Assembly (NCBI GenBank): GCA_965153355.1
Contig: OZ231126.1
Location: 17,856,001-17,920,000 of the forward strand
Direction of reading: 5' to 3'
DNA length: 64,000 nt
Source of the DNA: Flaccisagitta enflata
Taxonomy: Eukaryota
Below, piece after piece: positions 32,920 through 42,406 of this stretch (position 1 is the first letter of the stretch; each line of letters begins with the position of its first letter). A program made the position numbers and the translations under genes. The notes beneath the pieces are model-generated. The model searched no databases and was not told the DNA's origin. It saw only the letters and a list, made by a program, of their open reading frames with translations.

Positions 32920-33340
32920 AATCAGAGAAAAATAGGACTGAGCCAAATGAGCTAGATGAGCTAAGATATTCAAAATCACTCAACTAGACAACCAGCTATG
33001 CTTACTGACATGCTTTCTTGTATTTGCATGCTTAAATCATAATTTATTCATCTGTTTTAAAATCAGAAAAAAAAGCAAGCTAAATGAGCTAAATGAGCTT
33101 AATGAGCTAGAATATTCAAAAACACCTTCACAGATGAGCAACTCTGCTCACTGACATGCTTTCTTGTATTTGCATGTGCAAACATGTATCAAAAAATTTA
33201 TTCATTTATCGCATTATAAACCAGAAAAACAGACTGAGCTGAATGAGCTAAATGAGCTAAGATGCTCAAAAACACCCTCACAGATGAGCAGATATGCTCA
33301 TGAACATGTTTTCTTGTATTTGCATGCTCAAACAAACATA
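32920..33340. repeat. Degenerate tandem repeat, about 150-bp period, 3 copies
   Basis: aatgagcta...ctgacatgctttcttgtatttgcatg recurs near 33005, 33151 and 33300. Confidence 0.75.
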
Positions 33341-33653
33341 AATACACTCCTTTTTTGATCCTACTCAAAATCATAAAAAATCGGAAAAAATTCAATTCGC
33401 AATTTTCATAAATAAATCTTTAAAAATTCATAGCGCAAAAAATATTTGTCGTAGAGCATTCTGCTTGGCGCCAAATGAAAGAGAATTATCAAATTTACTT
33501 ACCCTATCAATTTCGTCCGAGGGTACAATCGGTCGGTGGAGACCCTCAACTTCCGCATAAGAAAATGAAAACCCTGTTTCTCTCAAATATGTCAAAAAGT
33601 CGAAGACTGACTTCGACTTTTTTCCCGATTAATGTGAATACGTGAGCGAGTGA

Positions 33654-34570
33654 TGTTAGAAATGTATGTCCGTCCGTTTGTTAAGTATGTGTGCTTTTGT
33701 TTCTTTTGCGTGCTTTTGGCTTTTCTTCTTTCTCTATCATTCAATGCCGGTGTCTTTTGTTTCTCGCCATTTTTTATATTGAACGCTAGATGGGTAACCA
33801 TATGGTTGCGCCTTGTATTTTGTGCCATTTGTTTTTATTACGTAGGCATACATACGTAACTCGTCTTTCGTATCATCCAATTTTTGGATTGATTGATTTT
33901 ATTTATTTGCGGCATTGCTTCCTAAAGTGATTGATTGATTTTTCGTGATTGATTGAATGTGCCCTTGGAGTTTGCTAATTTCAATAATCTCTCATCTTTT
34001 TATTGCAGATGAACTTATGAACGGACAATTAACGTTAATTTGACTTCGACAGACTGTGGGTTGAAACCAACGAAAGTGGGCCTAAAAGTAAGTTTTATAG
34101 ACGCGTCTTTGCTTTTATTAACGTTGTTTTTATCTTGTCTTCCGGTCTGTTATTTTTGTCTTTTGCCCTTTTGCATTTTTATCGCCGGATTTTAGTATGG
34201 TTTTTATCGCTTGCCCGATCAGCTGACTATGGGGATGATATGGATGAATCTAATGGGATAGGCCGGGGCAGGGGCAGGTATTATCAGGTGGCATGGGCTC
34301 TGAAGAAGATGAACATGTTGTCATGTGCTGTTTCTGTCCTTTATTGTGTCCTGTCTCGATTTCATGTTATCTTTTGCGTTTGCTGATCAAAATTAACGCC
34401 CACTTTCCCTTTCATTTTTCCCCCCTCTCTTCAGTTGTTGAAATTTTTATGGAATAAACGAGACGATCGCCTTCCTATTTTCCAATCGGCCAACTTTCTT
34501 TCACCACAAGTCGTCAGTCAGATAGACGCTCATAGACAGTGCCAGTTGAAACTCGTGGGCGTAACTTATA
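33654..34570 (+). repeat. 5' LTR (917 bp, TG...TA)
   Basis: Matches 41491-42406 except 2 substitutions and a 1-bp indel seen by eye; AATAAA at 34453-34458. Confidence 0.95.
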
Positions 34571-34633
34571 TTTCAACAATTTAAAAACGACGCGATTCTT
34601 TCCATCTTCGACCTCCGAAAGCGAAATTGGACA

Positions 34634-35263
34634 ATGGCAGCCGCGCGTAGCGACGACACCGTCTCGACTGCTTCAACGTCATCTCGTGTATCTCACTTCG
34701 GTTTGAATCAGTGTCCGAGGTCGAATCGTTTGCGCGCAATGAGGAACGACATCACTGCGGAAATGGAAGGATGCCGGCGCCTTTTCGACGCCGTCGCCAC
34801 TTGCACCGAAGGGACGAACGACTTCGATGACGCCGCCTGCGAATCAGATGGCGCTCGGCACGGCCTTCGGGATATGGTGTACGACTTTATATCATACGCA
34901 AGGCAGATGGCGCTCGACTCGATGCCCGGCGACCCTCTTCGATTCGCGGCGTCCACTCTGCGTCGAATTCGGCGTGAATGGGACTCCATGCGTTTCTTCG
35001 ATCGTGAAAACTATCCAGAGGGTTTTCCTTCCAACGCCGACATAGTCAACGCAGTGAATACGACATCGGGAATCGTAAAAGACCCGTCAATGAATTCTCA
35101 TGGAACAGTCTCCCAACTGACACTCACGCCGCCCGTGACAATGTTAATGGCGCTCCAACTCCAAGGATGCGAACGTCGTCGCCAAACCCCGACGGATCCG
35201 AATACTTGCCACTTCCGGTCCCTCGACATGGTGCGCAATCTCCAACTGGCGGTCAATTCTTAA
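34634..35263 (+). CDS. Gag N-terminal ORF (209 aa), overlapping the main Gag ORF in the -1 frame
   Basis: First ATG (ACAATGG, good context) 64 nt after the LTR; the downstream frame is open from 35008. Confidence 0.6.
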   Translation: MAAARSDDTVSTASTSSRVSHFGLNQCPRSNRLRAMRNDITAEMEGCRRLFDAVATCTEGTNDFDDAACESDGARHGLRDMVYDFISYARQMALDSMPGDPLRFAASTLRRIRREWDSMRFFDRENYPEGFPSNADIVNAVNTTSGIVKDPSMNSHGTVSQLTLTPPVTMLMALQLQGCERRRQTPTDPNTCHFRSLDMVRNLQLAVNS

Positions 35264-38200
35264 ATCTGCCGCCGATCCAAAGAGGAGATGCCGTCAATCA
35301 GTGGGTCTCAGATCTGGTCTCGGAAATCGAACCTGCGCGTGCGTCTCCGATGGAGCAAGCTGACGACATGCTTGCGGATCTCGACGACGCCGATGCTCTC
35401 GCAAGAGGTCGTGGGGTGATCCACGGATTAACGCCGCAGGAGAGGGCGAGGCGACGCTTTGTCAACAGGAGTGCGGAGAGAGACAGATGGGGTAGACAGC
35501 TGGAGGAGGAAATGCGACAAGGCCGTCGGCTAATAGACGATATGCAGCAGCAACAACGGGAGGAGGAGCAGCGACAGCAACAGGAGCAACAGCAGCAGCA
35601 TCAATTGCAGATGCAGCAGCAACAACTCCAACAGCAACGTCAACTCCACCGACCACAGGAGCAGCAGCAAACGATGGCTCAACGGCAGCAGCAAGAGCTG
35701 TTGCAGCAGCAGCAGTTGCAACAACTCCAACAATTTCTTCAGCAAGATCAACATCAGATCCTGCAGCCGGCGCCACAACATGTGGATCAACAACAGCAAC
35801 AAAACGATCAACAGCAGCAACAACAGCAGCAGCAACAACAGCACCAACAAGATTTGCTGCTTCAGCAACAACAGCAACAACAACAAGAGCTGCAACAATG
35901 TCAACCGGCAACGCAGCCGCAAGAACAACAACAACAGCGGCAAAATGATGCAGAAAAACGTATGCAACAGCAACTGCAGCAACAACAGCAACCTTCCGCC
36001 GCAATCCCAGCGGTGGTAGTGGATCCTCCAGCGTCAAATGACCATCTTGTCGAAAGCATGAATGTTAGTGAGGAGACAGAAGAAGCGAGACAGCAACGCC
36101 TTGCAGAACAACGACTGCGCATGATGGCTGAAGGTGAAGGTGGTGGTGCAGCAACAGCCCCAAAGGCGCCGATCGCGGTGCCATTGGGATTCCAACAGCG
36201 AAGCTCATCACAAGAAGACAAAGAGTTATACGACAGAATGTGTAACTTTCGCCAGCAGCAGCAGCGAGATGAAGATAGAAGGGCAGGAGTATTCAACAAT
36301 GCGGCAGAGATGCAACGAAGGCATTGGAATAGCCTGAACGACGGCGGCATTGGTGGAGCTTTAGAGCAGCGAGATGTGAAGCTTAGACAACTGTCTGAGC
36401 TGGACAAGCAGCAGCCGCAGCATCCGTCAAAGGACCGTCGATCTATTTTCAATTTGAACTTACAGCAACGTCATGTGCAGCCAGTGGAAACGTCCGTTAA
36501 GCAGCCGATGCAGCAGCAGCAACAGGTGGAGCAGCAGCAGCAGCAAGGACAGCGACAGCATCAACTGCAGCAGCAGAATGAGCAGCAACAGCATCCTGAC
36601 CAGCAGCAGCAGCTTCAACATCAACAGTGGCAGCAGCAACGGTTTCAACAACAGCAACAGCATCAGTATCAGCATCATCAAACTCCAGCAGCAACGATTC
36701 TCCCTACCGCACCGGAAGTGATCTTCGAGAAGCAGATTGGTTCTGCTAGAAGGGAGACTGGACTTCCCCGTCAAGAGGAAAAGGTCTTCAATACAGCCGG
36801 AAGCGGAGGTGATGCAACGGAGGCGATGCGCAGGAGGCAGAGGCAGGAGGCCGCTGACGCGAAGTTGGCACAGCAGCTGCAGGATAAGGAGAGAAGAAAA
36901 GTCGCTCCAAAGAAGACAATGAGTGGATTGCAGCCGAAGGCGCCAAAAGTAGCGCAAGCGCCTCTAGCAACGCCTCAAGCGGAAGTCATCCAGCAGAATC
37001 AACGTTTGCAGCAAGAAGTGGATAGTTTGAGGATGCAGATTCAGCAGAGAGACTTTGACCTTGCCGCAGCGAGAGAAGAAGAAAAACAACGAAAAGAAGA
37101 ACAACAACAGCGACAGTACGTCCGCCAAGATTTTGATGCTCCCCGATTCCATCGAGATGATCGTCAACAACAAATGAATCAGCAAGAAGAGGTTGGGTGG
37201 AGTGTGAAAACTACCAAAAAGAGATCTCCGGTCAAAGTCGGGGGTCAATACGCCCTTACCCAACAAAACCCAGCGTATCATCAGGTGGAGCTTCATCAAG
37301 TAGCTCGTCAACCGGAAGTTCATGTACAGATGCCCAACAATCCGGCTCTGGACATGTTCTTGGAGAGGGCGGCGTACAACGATTATATGCGAGCAAGGGA
37401 GGTCGGCCTCAAAGCATTGGAGAGAGCAAGACCTGAGAAGCCTCTGCAGGAGCTTTCATCCACCGATTTTATGATGTGGAAGAGGAAGTTCAAAGATGCT
37501 GAAAAGCATGAAGGCTTGACGCAAATGGACATCTTATTGGAATTGCCTAAGTGGTTTGCTGGTCCGGCAAAGGAGATCATTGAAACTGCGACGATTGATG
37601 CAACTGAAGCGACAGCAAGAGGAGAGGTTGACGACGCCTTCGCAAAAATGGACATCGTCTTTATGGCAAGGCGCTGCAACATTGCGGCGCTGTTCAACGA
37701 AATCGTCGCGGAGGCGAAGATCCAGTCGGCCGACCATGCAAGGCATTTCAATTTGTCTGCAAGGTTGCAAAAAGCAAAGAAGATTGCGAGGACCTGTGGA
37801 GAGGTGCAACAGTGCTATCGTGACGAGCTGCTGCAGGAGATCCTCAATAAGAGGGTCCCTCATCTTGCAGATAAATTCTGGGAAAAGCAACATGAAGCAG
37901 CCCAAAATGGTCAGTTATTTTCATTCGATAACTTGGTTCATATGATTGAGACATGGGCGGTGATTCAGCGCAACAAAGGAGCAAGCTGCAAAACAGCATC
38001 AGTGGCAGCAGTCGCAACGACAGAAAAAGAGGCGCCATCATCATATGAGGATGCCTTGACCAATGGCAAGCAAAAAGTGCAGTCGACGGACCGCTGCAAC
38101 GTCTGCAGTGGAATGCATCAAACGGAAGAGTGTCATCAGTTGTTAGAGTTGGAAGTGGACGCGAGAGTTCAGAAGATCATGTCTCGACGTCTTTGCTTCC

Positions 38201-38469
38201 ACTGCCTCGCGCCAGGACACAACGCCAAAGGGTGCGCGAACAGACCAACTTGCCAGATCTGCAAGAAGCGGCACGCGACTATTCTCCACGGGCGCACCTA
38301 CAAGAAAGAAGAAAAGGAAGAGAAGAAAGGAGAAAATAAGCAGGGAAATAAAGTACCGCTGGCTCCCTTCAAAAAGTCAGAGGATGCGGCTGCAGTAGCA
38401 CCAACGGCCCCGTCGACGACGGAGGCAGCCGATCCAACGGAAGTAATCTCTCCTAACGCCACGGCATGA
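35167..38469 (+). CDS. gag: BEL/Pao Gag with extensive polyglutamine-rich N-terminal half
   Basis: 1100-aa open frame; CNVCSGMHQTEEC, CFHCLAPGHNAKGC and CQICKKRHATILH knuckles; capsid-like region near FMMWKRKF. Confidence 0.9.
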   Translation: MRTSSPNPDGSEYLPLPVPRHGAQSPTGGQFLNLPPIQRGDAVNQWVSDLVSEIEPARASPMEQADDMLADLDDADALARGRGVIHGLTPQERARRRFVNRSAERDRWGRQLEEEMRQGRRLIDDMQQQQREEEQRQQQEQQQQHQLQMQQQQLQQQRQLHRPQEQQQTMAQRQQQELLQQQQLQQLQQFLQQDQHQILQPAPQHVDQQQQQNDQQQQQQQQQQQHQQDLLLQQQQQQQQELQQCQPATQPQEQQQQRQNDAEKRMQQQLQQQQQPSAAIPAVVVDPPASNDHLVESMNVSEETEEARQQRLAEQRLRMMAEGEGGGAATAPKAPIAVPLGFQQRSSSQEDKELYDRMCNFRQQQQRDEDRRAGVFNNAAEMQRRHWNSLNDGGIGGALEQRDVKLRQLSELDKQQPQHPSKDRRSIFNLNLQQRHVQPVETSVKQPMQQQQQVEQQQQQGQRQHQLQQQNEQQQHPDQQQQLQHQQWQQQRFQQQQQHQYQHHQTPAATILPTAPEVIFEKQIGSARRETGLPRQEEKVFNTAGSGGDATEAMRRRQRQEAADAKLAQQLQDKERRKVAPKKTMSGLQPKAPKVAQAPLATPQAEVIQQNQRLQQEVDSLRMQIQQRDFDLAAAREEEKQRKEEQQQRQYVRQDFDAPRFHRDDRQQQMNQQEEVGWSVKTTKKRSPVKVGGQYALTQQNPAYHQVELHQVARQPEVHVQMPNNPALDMFLERAAYNDYMRAREVGLKALERARPEKPLQELSSTDFMMWKRKFKDAEKHEGLTQMDILLELPKWFAGPAKEIIETATIDATEATARGEVDDAFAKMDIVFMARRCNIAALFNEIVAEAKIQSADHARHFNLSARLQKAKKIARTCGEVQQCYRDELLQEILNKRVPHLADKFWEKQHEAAQNGQLFSFDNLVHMIETWAVIQRNKGASCKTASVAAVATTEKEAPSSYEDALTNGKQKVQSTDRCNVCSGMHQTEECHQLLELEVDARVQKIMSRRLCFHCLAPGHNAKGCANRPTCQICKKRHATILHGRTYKKEEKEEKKGENKQGNKVPLAPFKKSEDAAAVAPTAPSTTEAADPTEVISPNATA

Positions 38470-40402
38470 CTGGCGGCGGGCAACGTCGCGGTCCGTCTCT
38501 TCATTCGACGGCGTTGTCCGTCCGATTGTTCCAGTGACTATTATAAACAATTCTTCGGGCGCGAGAGGACTATATGCTATGATCGACTCAGGCGCTGATC
38601 GCGACGTAATCAGTATCAGTGTTATTCGCAGTCTTATGATTCCAACAAAAACAGTGCAAATGACGGTGATTACTGTGGGAAGTCATGTTGTTGAGGATCG
38701 TTTCATCGCATCGTTCACCATGCAATCGGTCGACGAGGAATATGTCGTCGACATCAACGACGCGTTGGTGGGTGATTTGTTAACGAGTGAACGCGATATT
38801 CCTCCTTTTCTCCGCGACCTATCCGACCAGCCTCACATCGGAGAAATAAAGTTTCCAGAAGCAGAAGGCGGTGTGATGATGATCATCGGAGCGGCGCATG
38901 CGGACGCCGCCGTCGCTCAAGAAATCCGCCGGGGGCCTTCAGGATCCTTGACTTGCTTCAGATGCTTGTTCGGTTGGACTGTGTGTGGAAAAACGGGGAA
39001 GAGGGGGCGAGATTTTGCGTCGATCAACGCCATCGCAACGGATGATCGCATCCTCAACGACAGCATCGATCGCATCCTCGACAATCGCGTCTTCAACAGC
39101 AACATTGACCGCATCTTCTACCATGACTTTGCATCACCAATCGTCTCGCAAGAGGAGATGGGCGATTCCCTTGAAAACATCAGAGCGTGCAAAATGTTAG
39201 AGGAAAAGACATACTTTTGCCCAATTGCAGCAAAGAATCCTCTTCCTAAACCGGAAGTTACGCAAGACGTCTTGGAGGAGGCGCGCAAACAGCTCGTCAA
39301 GTCAATGCAGCGGCAACATTATTCCGACGTTTTCGAACAATTGGAGTTGGGAAAAACCTTTAAGCCAGGAAGCCGTCGTGACTTTATCATCAAGAATAAG
39401 GAGGTGCTAAAGTTGAACCCTTTCGTCGATGACGACGGCATCCTTCGCGTCGGCAGCCGATTGGAGAATGCCGACATCGCACATGACGCTAAATTTCCCT
39501 TCATCCTTCCGCCAAAAAACGAGAATGTGAAATCATTAATTCGCCATTATCATCATAATGATTTTCACGCGGGTGCAAAGCATACATTGTGCCAATTACG
39601 CCAATTTGTGTGGATTACAGAAGGTCTTCAGGCTGTCAAGAACGTCGTCAACACGTGCTTTAGATGCCAGAAGAACTTTAAAAAGAACGCGAATCAGCGA
39701 ATGGCTAATCTTCCATCAAATCGCATCAATCCTGCACCTGTTCTTACAGAGACCGGATTGGGTACGTCAGCCGATGCGATGGTAAATGCAATCATCCGCT
39801 TTGCAGTAAGGCGCCCAGGAATCAACCGATTCACTTTAGACTGTAGAATTAATCTAATCATCGGTCTCGTCAAGCGCCATTTTGCTTCCATCTCTATTGG
39901 CGCCATCCTTCACGTCGATGCCTTCAACACTGCTGTCGTCGATGTTGAAGGAATTCTCAACTGTCGTCCTCTGACAGCGCTCAGTGATGATTCAAATGAT
40001 TATGAGACCCTCACACCGAATCATGTCCTCAATCCATCAACATCCGGCAATGCCTCTCTGGATCTGGCGCAACAAGGCGTCAACTCTGATGCCGACTCAG
40101 CGAAGATTCAATGGAGGCGTGCGCAATCGTGTGTGGATGCGTCTTGGAAATCGTGGAGGGTCGAATATTTGTCGCTTCTTCACGCGCGAAGCAAATGGTC
40201 GAGATCCGAGAGAGACTTTGCGGTCGACAACATGGTCGTCGTCATGGGCGAAACGCTGCCTCGTCACAATTGGAGTTTAGGACGCGTCATGGGTGTCGAG
40301 GGATCATCAGCCCATGTCCGGAGGGCTTTTTCTCGACGCCAAGATGAAAAGATCGCGACGAAAGACCGCATAAAGCTTCTGCGGCTGGGATTGGATTCAT
40401 AA
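38447..40402 (+). CDS. pol: Internally deleted Pol: aspartic protease fused in frame to connection, HHCC zinc finger and a catalytically deleted integrase
   Basis: VRPIVPV, MIDSGAD, LFGWTVCG, LNPFVDDDGILRVGSRL, KFPFILP, HHNDFHAG...CFRC, ILNCRPLT, LTPNH, EYLSLL, PRHNWSLGRV; no YVDD or RNase H motifs. Frame open stop-to-stop from 38447. Confidence 0.88.
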   Translation, partial: SLLTPRHDWRRATSRSVSSFDGVVRPIVPVTIINNSSGARGLYAMIDSGADRDVISISVIRSLMIPTKTVQMTVITVGSHVVEDRFIASFTMQSVDEEYVVDINDALVGDLLTSERDIPPFLRDLSDQPHIGEIKFPEAEGGVMMIIGAAHADAAVAQEIRRGPSGSLTCFRCLFGWTVCGKTGKRGRDFASINAIATDDRILNDSIDRILDNRVFNSNIDRIFYHDFASPIVSQEEMGDSLENIRACKMLEEKTYFCPIAAKNPLPKPEVTQDVLEEARKQLVKSMQRQHYSDVFEQLELGKTFKPGSRRDFIIKNKEVLKLNPFVDDDGILRVGSRLENADIAHDAKFPFILPPKNENVKSLIRHYHHNDFHAGAKHTLCQLRQFVWITEGLQAVKNVVNTCFRCQKNFKKNANQRMANLPSNRINPAPVLTETGLGTSADAMVNAIIRFAVRRPGINRFTLDCRINLIIGLVKRHFASISIGAILHVDAFNTAVVDVEGILNCRPLTALSDDSNDYETLTPNHVLNPSTSGNASLDLAQQGVNSDADSAKIQWRRAQSCVDASWKSWRVEYLSLLHARSKWSRSERDFAVDNMVVVMGETLPRHNWSLGRVMGVEGSSAHVRRAFSRRQDEKIATKDRIKLLRLGLDS

Positions 40403-41475
40403 AAAACGCTAAGTTTTGAGAGAGAGAGAAAAAGGCGCATGGGCCTGTCCATTAGTAACTATAGATATGAGTGATTGAAACTCTGATTTGTTATATTTAC
40501 AGAGAGTTGTTATTATTCATATTTGGTTCTGATTATCCATGCTTTCATCTGTCCTCTTGTCAATTATGTTATCCATTTCCATTAACACATCAAAAACACT
40601 GATTCATTCGCTCTGTCTACATGTACATATGATTGTGCCAAAATCCGTTCTTATCATTATCAGTTCGCGTTAACGAACATTTCAAAGCTTCCGCTGACGA
40701 CGTTGTTCCATCTGCGAAGTCAGTCTACATCTTGAAGTCGCTCGTCGGAGTCAAGATGTCCCGTCAGCATCCGGCTCCACCTGCGCCTTTCGATGCGGTC
40801 GCCGTTGACGACATCATTCATCGCCTTTCGCCCACGAGTCGACGAGATGTTGGAACCCGGAATGACCCGCTCGTCTCTGTAATGGAGAAGGCGCAGGTGA
40901 TGTGGTCGTTCCATGATGCTTGCTAATTTTTTCTTTTACTTGACAGATTCGTTTTTATATATAGTTAGTAATTTATTTAATTTTGTCTTGTTGTGTTTGG
41001 TTCTTTGGAACATGTACATTTGTTGTGTTTGTTTTAGACATGGTCTTTTTAGTCATTATTACGAATACTTTCGTATGACATGTTTTAGTAGTATGCCCCT
41101 ACTCATTATTTTCCACTCTCAAGTCAAATCCCAGGCTTGGAGTGCTCCAAGGCCCGTTCCCCTTTCCCCCCCCCCTTCCCCTTAACTTTTTCAGAACGGG
41201 TGCCTCAACCTCCTCGTCGCCGCCTCGTCTCTATCCGCGTCATCGTGATCGTTGAAAATTTGCTGATGGTGGATCCTTTCCGGACGGGAATCATCTTTCG
41301 TGCAGTCGTCGATCTGTTGATAGTTAGGGTGGGGATGTAAGAGGCGGTGGACGGGGGGGGAGGGGCGGGGGCTGTATCTATGTAAATTTTTTTTTAAGGA
41401 AGGTAGTATCGGTTTTTTAGTAGGGTTTCCCCGACTGGAAACTAGATGTCAGATTTTTGAAATTCGTGAAATTCC

Positions 41476-41490
41476 AAAAATGGGGCAGAA
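41476..41490 (+). promoter_or_regulatory. Putative polypurine tract
   Basis: aaaaatggggcagaa immediately precedes the 3' LTR. Confidence 0.6.
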
Positions 41491-42406
41491 TGTTAGAAAT
41501 GTATGTCCGTCCGTTTATTAAGTATGTGTGCTTTTGTTTCTTTTGCGTGCTTTTGGCTTTTCTTCTTTCTCTATCATTCAATGCCGGTGTCTTTTGTTTC
41601 TCGCCATTTTTTATATTGAACGCTAGATGGGTAACCATATGGTTGCGCCTTGTATTTTGTGCCATTTGTTTTTATTACGTAGGCATACATACGTAACTCG
41701 TCTTTCGTATCATCCAATTTTTGGATTGATTGATTTTATTTATTTGCGGCATTGCTTCCTAAAGTGATTGATTGATTTTTCGTGATTGATTGAATGTGCC
41801 CTTGGAGTTTGCTAATTTCAATAATCTCTCATCTTTTTATTGCAGATGAACTTATGAACGGACAATTAACGTTAATTTGACTTCGACAGACTGTGGGTTG
41901 AAACCAACGAAAGTGGGCCTAAAAGTAAGTTTTATAGACGCGTCTTTGCTTTTATTAACGTTGTTTTTATCTTGTCTTCCGGTCTGTTATTTTTGTCTTT
42001 TGCCCTTTTGCATTTTTATCGCCGGATTTTAGTATGGTTTTTATCGCTTGCCCGATCAGCTTACTATGGGGATGATATGGATGAATCTAATGGGATAGGC
42101 CGGGGCAGGGGCAGGTATTATCAGGTGGCATGGGCTCTGAAGAAGATGAACATGTTGTCATGTGCTGTTTCTGTCCTTTATTGTGTCCTGTCTCGATTTC
42201 ATGTTATCTTTTGCGTTTGCTGATCAAAATTAACGCCCACTTTCCCTTTCATTTTTCCCCCTCTCTTCAGTTGTTGAAATTTTTATGGAATAAACGAGAC
42301 GATCGCCTTCCTATTTTCCAATCGGCCAACTTTCTTTCACCACAAGTCGTCAGTCAGATAGACGCTCATAGACAGTGCCAGTTGAAACTCGTGGGCGTAA
42401 CTTATA
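41491..42406 (+). repeat. 3' LTR (916 bp, TG...TA)
   Basis: Direct repeat of 33654-34570, followed by TSD AGTGA. Confidence 0.95.

Larger units (their letters stand above)
33654..42406 (+). mobile_element. BEL/Pao LTR retrotransposon, non-autonomous (RT/RNase H-less), recently inserted
   Basis: Direct LTRs, 5-bp TSD AGTGA (33649-33653, 42407-42411), triple Cys-His Gag knuckles, DSG protease, BEL-type integrase remnants. Confidence 0.95.
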
